A DNA stretch of 24,000 nt from Desulfurococcaceae archaeon AG1 (GTDB lineage: Archaea > Thermoproteota > Thermoprotei_A > Sulfolobales > AG1): positions 28,183 through 52,182 of the forward strand of contig BEWT01000016.1 of assembly GCA_003116855.1 (NCBI GenBank). The letters are read 5' to 3'. Under the pieces are notes generated by a model, which was not told the origin of the DNA, did no database searches, and saw only the letters and a list, made by a program, of their open reading frames with translations. A program made the position numbers and the translations under genes. Every line of letters begins with the position of its first letter. Position 1 is the first letter of the stretch. Positions 15,957 to 23,814 of this stretch are shown piece by piece.

Positions 15957-16349
15957 TTACCTTTTAGATCTTTCTTCGTTAAATATCATTATAGCCTTAG
16001 CTATATCGCCACCAGCTCTTCTAAGCAGCTCCCTTGCCTCTTCATAGCTAACACCAGTCTGTTCCATAACAAATGTTATATCTTCTTGTGATATACTACT
16101 AACCCCTGCCTCAACACGAGCCTCAGCACTGCTTGCCTTTTCACCTTCTCTTATCTCCTTAATATTACTTCCTATGATCTGAAAGATTTTCTGGTCTTTT
16201 AAGACCATCATGTAGACCTGAGGACCCTCTATCATAATCTCCCTATCATCAGCCTCTATTAATACAAGCTTGACCCCCTTGAGCTCTTCGATCTTAATAC
16301 CCATCCTTTTCAACTGCCTCTCAAGATCCCTTGATAATGGAAACATCAT
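15957..16349 (-). CDS. nac: Nascent polypeptide-associated complex protein (archaeal NAC alpha homologue)
   Basis: The 130-aa ORF has an N-terminal NAC domain (QLKRMGIKIEELKGVKLVLIE...) and a C-terminal UBA-like domain (ISQEDITFVMEQTGVSYEEARELLRRAGGDIAKAIM). Confidence 0.85.
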   Translation of the reverse strand: MMFPLSRDLERQLKRMGIKIEELKGVKLVLIEADDREIMIEGPQVYMMVLKDQKIFQIIGSNIKEIREGEKASSAEARVEAGVSSISQEDITFVMEQTGVSYEEARELLRRAGGDIAKAIMIFNEERSKR

Positions 16350-16414
16350 TTCTCCCTAAGCTTTATTCTTAGAGAAATATATTAACCCCTAATACTCCAA
16401 GTTAATGAAGAATA

Positions 16415-17680
16415 ATGGGTCAGAAGCTACACATTCTCGGCGCTGGGAGAGAAGTAGGAAGGGCAGCAATAGCTGTTGAGAGAGAGGGTCGATTTATACT
16501 CCTTGATTATGGCGTGACCTTCGACGACAACGACATACCAGTGCTGCCGCTAACAATCCCCCCTTCGAGGATTAAAGCCCATATAGTAACCCACTCACAT
16601 CTAGACCATGTCGGAGCATCCCCCCTCCTCTATATTTCTGCCGAACCTAGAGCCTATATGACCCCTATCACACGAGACATATCCAGGCTCATGCTATATG
16701 ACTTCTTAAAGATATCATCATACTATCTTCCATTCGAAACAGCCGAGGTGGATCGATTCCTTGGTAGTGTAGAGCCTGTGGATTATGGCAGCGAACGAAG
16801 CATAGATGGTTTCACAATGCGTTTTAGCGATGCAGGACATATACCAGGATCAACGATGGTTCTTCTAGAAACAAGTGGAAAGAGAATCCTATATACAGGT
16901 GATGTCAACACTATTGAAACAAGGCTCGTAGGGCCTGCTGATACTAGCAATATGGATGCTGAGGTATTGATAATAGAATCAACATACGGCGATATAGATC
17001 ATGCCGATAGAAGGATCGTTGAAGACAGATTAATAGAGTCAGTGAAGGAGGTGGTAGAGAACGGAGGAACGGTTCTGATCCCTGCATTTAGCCTAAGCAG
17101 ATCGCAGGAAATACTAGCGCTCCTCGCAGAAAGGCTTAGAAATATTCCCATAAGCTATGACGGTATGATCAGACCAATAACAGAGATTATGCTTAGATAT
17201 AAAAAATATATAAGAAGACCTGAGGCGTTAGAAGAGGTTGAAAAGCGATGCATCCAAGTAGATAGTTGGAGCATGAGGAGAAAGATATGGCGAGAACCCG
17301 GCGTCATAGTTGCAAGCGCAGGGATGCTGAAAGGAGGACCCGCGCTATACTACCTCAAGAGGATAGCTGATAACAAGAACTCAGCAGTATTTCTCGTAAG
17401 CTACCAAGGAAAAAATACTCCTGGAAGAATGCTGTTAGAGAAAGGAGTCTTTATGGAGAACGGCCCAAGAGTCGTCGCTAGAATAGAATGGTTTGACTTC
17501 TCGGCTCACGCCGGGAGAACGGGTCTCTTATCAATTGTGAAAAACTTAAAAAGCCTGGAAAAGATCGTAATAATACATACAGACCCCGATGTAGGCGAGG
17601 CGTTCGCTAATACTGTTAAGAGAGAAACCGGCATTGATACCATCTTACCCAGAGTAGGTGATGTGATAGAGATCCTATAA
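16415..17680 (+). CDS. Metallo-beta-lactamase/beta-CASP ribonuclease, aCPSF2-type (no KH domains)
   Basis: The 421-aa ORF has the HxHxDH motif (THSHLDHVG), DAGHIPGS, a beta-CASP region (ESTYGD ... FDFSAHAG ... IIHTDP), and a size matching archaeal aCPSF2. Confidence 0.8.
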   Translation: MGQKLHILGAGREVGRAAIAVEREGRFILLDYGVTFDDNDIPVLPLTIPPSRIKAHIVTHSHLDHVGASPLLYISAEPRAYMTPITRDISRLMLYDFLKISSYYLPFETAEVDRFLGSVEPVDYGSERSIDGFTMRFSDAGHIPGSTMVLLETSGKRILYTGDVNTIETRLVGPADTSNMDAEVLIIESTYGDIDHADRRIVEDRLIESVKEVVENGGTVLIPAFSLSRSQEILALLAERLRNIPISYDGMIRPITEIMLRYKKYIRRPEALEEVEKRCIQVDSWSMRRKIWREPGVIVASAGMLKGGPALYYLKRIADNKNSAVFLVSYQGKNTPGRMLLEKGVFMENGPRVVARIEWFDFSAHAGRTGLLSIVKNLKSLEKIVIIHTDPDVGEAFANTVKRETGIDTILPRVGDVIEIL

Positions 17681-17803
17681 CGATCTCTGAATATAATACC
17701 TCACAAGATCAAGAAATCAGCATAGCAAAACACACTAGCTTATGTTACAAGTCTAGGTTATAAAGCTCTATGTTACAAAAATATCTAAGTCTAAACATGT
17801 TAT

Positions 17804-18544
17804 TTACGATTCATTTTTAATCTCTATCAATGTATCTGCTATGATCCTTGCTACCTCAACGAATCTCTCCCTAAGCACCTCCAACGATGAGAGAACTGAA
17901 ACTCCTTTAACAAGATTATCACTAGCTACGAGAACACATGCAGATCTAATGCCCCTAAGCTTAGATATCACGAAGAGCGTAGCACACTCCATCTCGACAG
18001 ATATGATCCTCTTGGAGGACCATCTGGAGACAAAACCCTCGCTCTCAGCATAGAAGGCGTCTGAGCTATACACGGTTCCGATCCATATTCTCTCCATCTT
18101 ATTGGATAAATTCTTATAGATCATATAGGTTAGCTCTATATCAGGCGATGCTGGGTAAGCAGTATCATTTCCAATATACATACCAATGCCGCCCCCAAGG
18201 GGGTATGCTGCACTGTCTGCAACAATCACATCGCCTATATCTATACTATCGATCATGGCGCCAGTACTACCAAGCCTAACGATATATCTAGCCCCCATCA
18301 TGTTTAGCTCTTCAAACACTATAGCTGCCGAGGGTCCTCCTATACCATGGGTAGCTATAGTCATTGGGAAGCCTTTATATAGTCCTGTGAACACGAGATA
18401 TCCTCTATACTCATTAACAAGCCTAGGGTTCTCAAGAAGATTTGAAGCGAGAGCCTTAGCCCTTCCCGGATCACCGACCGCTATTACCCTGGGCGCTATC
18501 TCACCTTTATGAGCTATGATATGTGCAGGCTTCCTCTCGCCCAA
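17804..18544 (-). CDS. Nucleoside phosphorylase, PNP/UDP-1 family (DeoD-type purine nucleoside / 5'-methylthioadenosine phosphorylase)
   Basis: The 246-aa ORF has VGDPGRAKALA, ATHGIGGPSAAIV, SSDAFYAE and VEMECATLF motifs. From memory it resembles the hexameric Sulfolobus MTAP. It starts at TTG 18544, preceded by GGTGAGGG (SD-like) 3 nt upstream (GGTGA core 6 nt upstream). Confidence 0.85.
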   Translation of the reverse strand: MGERKPAHIIAHKGEIAPRVIAVGDPGRAKALASNLLENPRLVNEYRGYLVFTGLYKGFPMTIATHGIGGPSAAIVFEELNMMGARYIVRLGSTGAMIDSIDIGDVIVADSAAYPLGGGIGMYIGNDTAYPASPDIELTYMIYKNLSNKMERIWIGTVYSSDAFYAESEGFVSRWSSKRIISVEMECATLFVISKLRGIRSACVLVASDNLVKGVSVLSSLEVLRERFVEVARIIADTLIEIKNES

Positions 18545-18610
18545 GAACCCTCACCATAAGGAATGTCTTTATGGATGATAAATAGCCGTGGAACCCATCT
18601 TAACGATCAG

Positions 18611-18635
18611 ATGGAGAGAAGAACTTATGAAATAC
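18611..18635 (+). repeat. Direct repeat copy 1 (ATGGAGAGAAGAACTTATGAAATAC)
   Basis: It matches copy 2 at 18692-18716 in 22 of 25 positions. It lies in the divergent phosphorylase/RHH intergenic region. Confidence 0.7.
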
Positions 18636-18691
18636 TGAGATCAGATCTTAATGATTCGATGAACAAAAGCGTAAAAGATCCCAGCAATAAC

Positions 18692-18716
18692 ATGGAGGGA
18701 AGAACTTATAAGATAC
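18692..18716 (+). repeat. Direct repeat copy 2 (ATGGAGGGAAGAACTTATAAGATAC), overlapping the TATA-like element of the RHH gene
   Basis: CTTATAAG within the repeat is centred about 38 nt upstream of ATG 18747. GGTGAT (SD) is at 18739-18744. Confidence 0.7.
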
Positions 18717-18746
18717 ACATGGCTTAACCTCTACCTTGGTGATCGC

Positions 18747-18989
18747 ATGAGAATAATAACTGTAAAGATCCCTGAGACCTATTTGGAAGGATTAGAGGAG
18801 CTAGTCAACATAGGGAGGTATACCTCTAGAAGCGAGGCCATAAGAGCCGCTATAAGGGATTTGTTAAAGAGAGAGCTATGGGAAATGTCTAGCAGTTCTG
18901 CTAGCGATCGTGAAAATGAGCGTGAAGAAACCGTGGGGATCAATAGGAGGCTTGATAGGAGCAGTAGAGTGGTGAGACTAACCCTATAG
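18747..18989 (+). CDS. Ribbon-helix-helix (CopG/NikR-N-like) DNA-binding protein
   Basis: The 80-aa ORF has an N-terminal beta-strand plus two helices ([44 protein letters not shown]), the RHH signature. The C-terminal tail is low-complexity. Confidence 0.75.
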   Translation: MRIITVKIPETYLEGLEELVNIGRYTSRSEAIRAAIRDLLKRELWEMSSSSASDRENEREETVGINRRLDRSSRVVRLTL

Positions 18990-19002
18990 ATAGGCTTGTT
19001 GT

Positions 19003-19860
19003 CTATAGTTCTGCGCTGAGGAATCTTTTTCTCTTAAGCCATGAATATACCTTCTTGATCGCTGAGACATCCCTCCTAAAATCTTTTCTAGAAGCCCCTC
19101 TTCTCTCGATTTCGAGAAACGATATACTCTCCTCAAACCCCTTGATCTCGTCCTTGATATCACCCTCGGGATCTACTATCATTGTAGGAACCTCAAAGAA
19201 ATCGCGTCCATTAGAAGATACTATGCCTCCTAAGCCGACCACATGGATCGCGTTCTCAATAGCCCTAGCTATAAGGAGGTTTCTATATCTCCTGAAATCC
19301 TCACTCAACCTGAAAAACGATACAATTATCTCAGACCCGGCTATAGATAGAGCGTGGGCTATTTCAGGTACTAGTAAATCCTCCTCACACATAAGCCCTA
19401 TAAGGATGCCAACATCAGCTACTACCAGCTCGTTTCCAGATGATATGAGCCCGAAATCCCCGCTGCCAAGGACTATCTTTCTATACTTAGCTATAACACC
19501 CCTATTAGGCGCTATAAGTACTGAGGTGCTATACAGTCTCGGACCCGCTCTTTCTATAATGGGGCCAGCAAGAATCATTACTCCTGTCTTCTCAGAATAA
19601 AGCCTCAATATATCTGTAGTACCACCAGGTATTCTTTCTGCATATGATTTCTTAAAATACTTCCTCGGATCCCCTTCCACTGGGCTTTCTATAACAGGGC
19701 CTAGGTGGAACATTGCTGGTAATAATACCAATCTGGAGCCCTTCTCCTTAGCCATTGTTAATATCTCAAGGATCCTCTCTAGATTCTTTCTCTTCATCTT
19801 ATACCTAAGCCTCATGTGGGGGACGGCGATGACTATTTTTTCTTTCTTATACTCTCTCAT
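19003..19860 (-). CDS. Carbon-nitrogen hydrolase (nitrilase superfamily) homologue lacking the first catalytic Glu
   Basis: The 285-aa ORF has the Lys motif AKYRKIVL and the Cys motif GLMCEEDLLVPE. The strand that normally reads LVVLPE(L/F)F here reads LVLLPAMF (Ala49, codon 19714-19716). It lies 12 bp downstream of rgy on the same strand. Confidence 0.75.
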   Translation of the reverse strand: MREYKKEKIVIAVPHMRLRYKMKRKNLERILEILTMAKEKGSRLVLLPAMFHLGPVIESPVEGDPRKYFKKSYAERIPGGTTDILRLYSEKTGVMILAGPIIERAGPRLYSTSVLIAPNRGVIAKYRKIVLGSGDFGLISSGNELVVADVGILIGLMCEEDLLVPEIAHALSIAGSEIIVSFFRLSEDFRRYRNLLIARAIENAIHVVGLGGIVSSNGRDFFEVPTMIVDPEGDIKDEIKGFEESISFLEIERRGASRKDFRRDVSAIKKVYSWLKRKRFLSAEL

Positions 19861-19872
19861 GGATATATCGCC

Positions 19873-22800
19873 TCACATAAGGTTGTATTTTCTTAGCTCA
19901 TCATAAAGATCACTTATTATCTCCTCATACTCAGCCTTACCACCTTCTACAAGATCCATTTTCTCTTCAAGCCTCCTGGTTCTCTCAACACTAACAAGAT
20001 CCGTATATTCTTTTGACAGGTATTCATAGACCCTTCTACCATATTTGTTAGGCACTAAATAACCCGTTTTTCTGAGAACACTCCTAACAATATATCTTCT
20101 TAGGATCACATCGACAATCTTAGCATAAGTGCTAGGTCTACCTATTCCCTCTTGCTTCATCAATCTAACGATATCCCCAGGTGTATAAAGCCTATCTCCT
20201 CTAAAAAGCTCATTCTGAACAACTATATCCCAGGATCTCCCGATCATATCTCTCGGAAACACCCTATATGGATGGCTATAGAACTCAAGAAAACCTGGCT
20301 CTATGTAGCTACACAGCTCTTCAGACACGTGATCCCCTATCAAGCCATCTTTACCAACAATTTCGAAACGAACCCTGCACATCTCAACCTTAGCAGGGAT
20401 CGATTGGCTAGCTATGAACCTCCTGAAGATAAGGTCATAGACCCTCAAATGATCCCTAGATAATCTTATATCAATCATACCCTCAGCTATCATCTTCTCA
20501 AGCATACCCCGATCCAAAGGCCTTGTCGGCCTTATAGCTTCGTGAGCGCCTCCCTCACCCCATCTCCTAACGTGTATAAAATCCTGCTTCCCTATCTCTA
20601 ACAGGTAGTTTTTAGCAACCTCTATCCCCACATCAGATACCCTTGTTGAGTCTGTTCTATGATATGTTATCAGCCCGGCCTCGAATAGATCTTGGGCTAT
20701 AGCCATAACCTTTGGCGCATCGATCTTCAAGTATTGTGATGCGTCAACGAGCAATGAGTCGGTAGTATAGGGGGGTAATGGATTAAGGTTCTCCTCCCAT
20801 GTTTTTTCGAGCTTTACGTTAATTGTTATCTTCTCGCCAATGCTAGGCACTCTTGAGAGTTTCGACACAGGTATCTCGAGATAATATGAAGCCTCGCCCC
20901 CGTCTCCAAGCCTTATTACGAGGAACTTCTTCTTCTTATTCTCCCTAGCAGACCTAACGATCCATCCGAGAACCGGTGTCTGAACCCTCCCGGCGCTGAG
21001 CCTATACTTAGGACATAGTTCTTTAACCTCACTACATATATAGTCAGTTACTTTCTGGGATAGTGTGAAGCCTATCCACCTGTCCTCGATCCTTCTGACA
21101 AACTGGGCCTTGACTCTATTGATGTCTATATCCCTTGGGTTATCAATAGCGTTCATAAAAGCCCTTCTAGTAACCTCGTGGAACTCTATCCTCTTGATCT
21201 TGTTATTATATGGGGATAGAGCTATATATAGATCAAACGCTATCTTCTCCCCCTCTGTATCCGGGTCTGTTGCTATGTATATCTCGTCGACCTCAAGGGC
21301 TATCTTTCTGAGAGCTCTAACAACATGCCTGCTATCCCTGATATTCTGGGAACCACATATAGGGCATTTTAGAGGCCCTTCAATAGTATCTGATGTGAAC
21401 TGATATCCACAATCCAGACATCTCTTTATCGTCGTATATATTGGTATATATGTTCCATTACTAACTATAACACCGTGAAGCGAGCCGTTATAGAGCTCAT
21501 TGTCTGTATCATCAACTGCGAGGTCATATATATGACCACCGCTAGCTGTTATTAAGAGTGTTAGTTTCCCTAAAGAGGCTTCATATACTCTAATACCGTC
21601 TATCTCCCTCATACTCGGCCTTCCGAAGAAACCAGCTATGGTTCTAGCCTTATTAGGGGATTCAACAAGAACCAAGACTGTTTTTGTAAGCGTCTCTATG
21701 GGGGTTCCTGTTACTTCCTGGAACTTGCCCTCTCTGGCTTTTACTATATTATTTCTATCACGCTCGATCTCTCTTATAACCTCGTCTAGATCTATCGACC
21801 TAAGCTCTCTCAACACAAACTCTTCAGAAAACAGTCTAAGTCTTCTCTCAAGGCCTTTCAGAAGCCTGTGATCCTTCTCAAATATTATTGAGAGGCCTTT
21901 GGATATTCCTCCAACGTAGAGTCTCGATGTCCTCCCACTAGCCTGTATATATGTAGCCCAATCAGGTATATCCACGTAGATCTTGCTACCATGTTTGCTC
22001 ACTCTTACATATGGATTCTTCTTAAGCTTTGATACGAAGTTCTTGTCAGCTAGAAGCATATTAACTGTATCGATCGCACTCTTAATAATCTTCTCGGTGT
22101 TACTCTCAACACTACCTCTCATAACCTTCTCAAAAACTTCTCTAAGATATGATGAAGAGCTTCTTCTAATAATTCTCAGGATTTTATTAAGGATGCCCAG
22201 GATCTCGTCCTTCTTGCTGGGATCCACAACATCTAGAGAGAGTTCAAGAATCCTTGATATATCGAACAGATCCATCTGCTCCAAGTCAAGGGGTATTCTA
22301 TGCCTAGGCGTTTCTAGGAATATTGCGTATTTAATTATATCTGGGAGATCTATGCCCCTCACAGCAACACCATAGTATGTAGAGACCCCCACTATCACAT
22401 CTATCTCTCTTCTAGCAAACTTATCGATAACCTTAACATTCTTACTTGTCAAGGGCAAGACTCTTAATCCTGTTCTTTTAGATAGCTCATGTGCTACTTT
22501 CTCGGCATACTCAACACCGAGGTCTTTAGGGACATACACTATGCCTCCTGACCCTATCTTTTTTATGATCTCTGAGGCCTCCTTAACCATGTCTATACGG
22601 CTTTTCACAATACTATAGGTGTCAACAACGTTTCTTATAACATCATACCTGCTACCAATTTCAAACCCAAAGATCTCTCTTAAAACCCTGATCCCCCTAC
22701 CCCTAGCCCTGCCAGTAGCACTGCTAATAATAAGGATCACGTGGCTCTTTTTAGAAGCCTCGATGCTTCTTTTAAGCTCCCTTATTCTTAAGAGATCCTC

Positions 22801-23667
22801 TGTGTTCTCCCTTAATGCCAGCCTTGTTTTTAGACTCACTATCTCTTCAGCCTTTCTAATTATGTCTTCCCCTATACCCATGGCTTCGAAGACTTGATAT
22901 AGGATCTTGCCTCCCTTAAGTATAGCGTCCACGTCATCGACAAAGAAGAAGTTGAACTTCCCGGCAAGTAGTTTCACATTTTCTTTATTCCTAAAGAACG
23001 CTGATGTTGTTATGAATATATTGAAATCTCCTTCAGATAGCTTATTAAGCGTCTCCTTACGCTTACTTGGCGAGATCTTACTATGATAAATTATAATTTT
23101 TTCCTCGTCTAGAGATAGCTTTCTTGCATACTCAGTAGCTTTCTTAAACACTTGACTAGCTAGTGGTATTGTAGGTACTATAAGGATCGATCTAAGTCCT
23201 TGTTTGTAGGCTAGGTAGATAGCCATAATAATGCCGAAAGTGGTTTTCCCAACGCCGGTAGGTGCTACTAGCGAGAAGCTAGACCCTCTAAAGATCCTCT
23301 TGGCCCACATTATCTGAACACTCCAGGGATCTCTGCCAATGCATTTTCTAAAGATCTCTGAAAACTCTTTAACAGATTCCTCGATCCTAATAAGCTCTTC
23401 ATACCCAAGATCGCTTTTTCTAAGCTTTCCACTCCGAACCAGCGCCCCATAGATCTTCATGTGCAGATCCTTGATCTCTAACCTCTCAGTCAGCATCAGA
23501 TCCTTATCATCTATACACCGTCTGCATGGGATCCCGAGGGCAAGCCTATCGCTGGATTCTGAAAAACCACAATTAGGACAAGCCCATCTATACACCGCTG
23601 GAGGAACTCTATAGCCCAGGAGCTTCTCAGCGATCTCTCTTGTCACTAGTTCCACGGCACTAACCAA
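19873..23667 (-). CDS. rgy: Reverse gyrase (helicase-like domain fused to type IA topoisomerase)
   Basis: The 1264-aa ORF has an N-terminal Zn finger (CPNCG...CRRC), Walker A (APTGVGKT), motif II (VDDVD), TOPRIM (VESPNKA, DPDTEGE), an internal Zn finger (CLDCG...CPICG), and the catalytic Tyr context GLITYHRTDS. The start is non-ATG: TTG 23667 or GTG 23655. Each lies about 22-28 nt from one of two TATA-like elements (23669-23682 and 23690-23700). Confidence 0.95.
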   Translation of the reverse strand: MVSAVELVTREIAEKLLGYRVPPAVYRWACPNCGFSESSDRLALGIPCRRCIDDKDLMLTERLEIKDLHMKIYGALVRSGKLRKSDLGYEELIRIEESVKEFSEIFRKCIGRDPWSVQIMWAKRIFRGSSFSLVAPTGVGKTTFGIIMAIYLAYKQGLRSILIVPTIPLASQVFKKATEYARKLSLDEEKIIIYHSKISPSKRKETLNKLSEGDFNIFITTSAFFRNKENVKLLAGKFNFFFVDDVDAILKGGKILYQVFEAMGIGEDIIRKAEEIVSLKTRLALRENTEDLLRIRELKRSIEASKKSHVILIISSATGRARGRGIRVLREIFGFEIGSRYDVIRNVVDTYSIVKSRIDMVKEASEIIKKIGSGGIVYVPKDLGVEYAEKVAHELSKRTGLRVLPLTSKNVKVIDKFARREIDVIVGVSTYYGVAVRGIDLPDIIKYAIFLETPRHRIPLDLEQMDLFDISRILELSLDVVDPSKKDEILGILNKILRIIRRSSSSYLREVFEKVMRGSVESNTEKIIKSAIDTVNMLLADKNFVSKLKKNPYVRVSKHGSKIYVDIPDWATYIQASGRTSRLYVGGISKGLSIIFEKDHRLLKGLERRLRLFSEEFVLRELRSIDLDEVIREIERDRNNIVKAREGKFQEVTGTPIETLTKTVLVLVESPNKARTIAGFFGRPSMREIDGIRVYEASLGKLTLLITASGGHIYDLAVDDTDNELYNGSLHGVIVSNGTYIPIYTTIKRCLDCGYQFTSDTIEGPLKCPICGSQNIRDSRHVVRALRKIALEVDEIYIATDPDTEGEKIAFDLYIALSPYNNKIKRIEFHEVTRRAFMNAIDNPRDIDINRVKAQFVRRIEDRWIGFTLSQKVTDYICSEVKELCPKYRLSAGRVQTPVLGWIVRSARENKKKKFLVIRLGDGGEASYYLEIPVSKLSRVPSIGEKITINVKLEKTWEENLNPLPPYTTDSLLVDASQYLKIDAPKVMAIAQDLFEAGLITYHRTDSTRVSDVGIEVAKNYLLEIGKQDFIHVRRWGEGGAHEAIRPTRPLDRGMLEKMIAEGMIDIRLSRDHLRVYDLIFRRFIASQSIPAKVEMCRVRFEIVGKDGLIGDHVSEELCSYIEPGFLEFYSHPYRVFPRDMIGRSWDIVVQNELFRGDRLYTPGDIVRLMKQEGIGRPSTYAKIVDVILRRYIVRSVLRKTGYLVPNKYGRRVYEYLSKEYTDLVSVERTRRLEEKMDLVEGGKAEYEEIISDLYDELRKYNLM

Positions 23668-23783
23668 AATATATAAAAATGAATGTTCCTAATATATAGC
23701 GCTACATATTACCATATAAGGATCGGGCTATAAGCCGTCAACTCCACCATATAGTAAGTAGGGCTATTTTCTTTTTGATATTC

Positions 23784-23800
23784 GTAGGAGGGTATTTATG
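23784..23800 (+). promoter_or_regulatory. BRE/TATA-like element (GTAGGAGGG-TATTTATG) upstream of the G+C-rich RNA-like region
   Basis: A purine-rich stretch is followed by TATTTATG (23793-23800). The sharp rise in G+C begins at about 23820, roughly 25 nt downstream of the TATA centre. Confidence 0.35.
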
Positions 23801-23814
23801 AGCTCTGATCTGGA

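Noticed and set aside
17736-17800. A short direct repeat TATGTTACAA (twice), with nearby AAGTCTA words, between the convergent aCPSF2 and phosphorylase genes.
   Set aside because: It is only a 10-nt match in AT-rich terminator DNA, which could easily arise by chance. I saw no associated structure.
17841-19600. Plus-strand ORFs 17841-18053 and 18186-18512 (inside the phosphorylase gene) and 19055-19600 (inside the CN-hydrolase gene).
   Set aside because: They are antisense shadows of motif-supported genes.
20152-22897. Five plus-strand ORFs of 77-130 aa inside the reverse gyrase gene (20152-20463, 21065-21403, 21638-21871, 21983-22375, 22619-22897).
   Set aside because: They lie antisense to a strongly supported 1264-aa gene, are low-complexity and Ser/Leu/Ile-rich, and carry no motifs. 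These are typical shadow ORFs.
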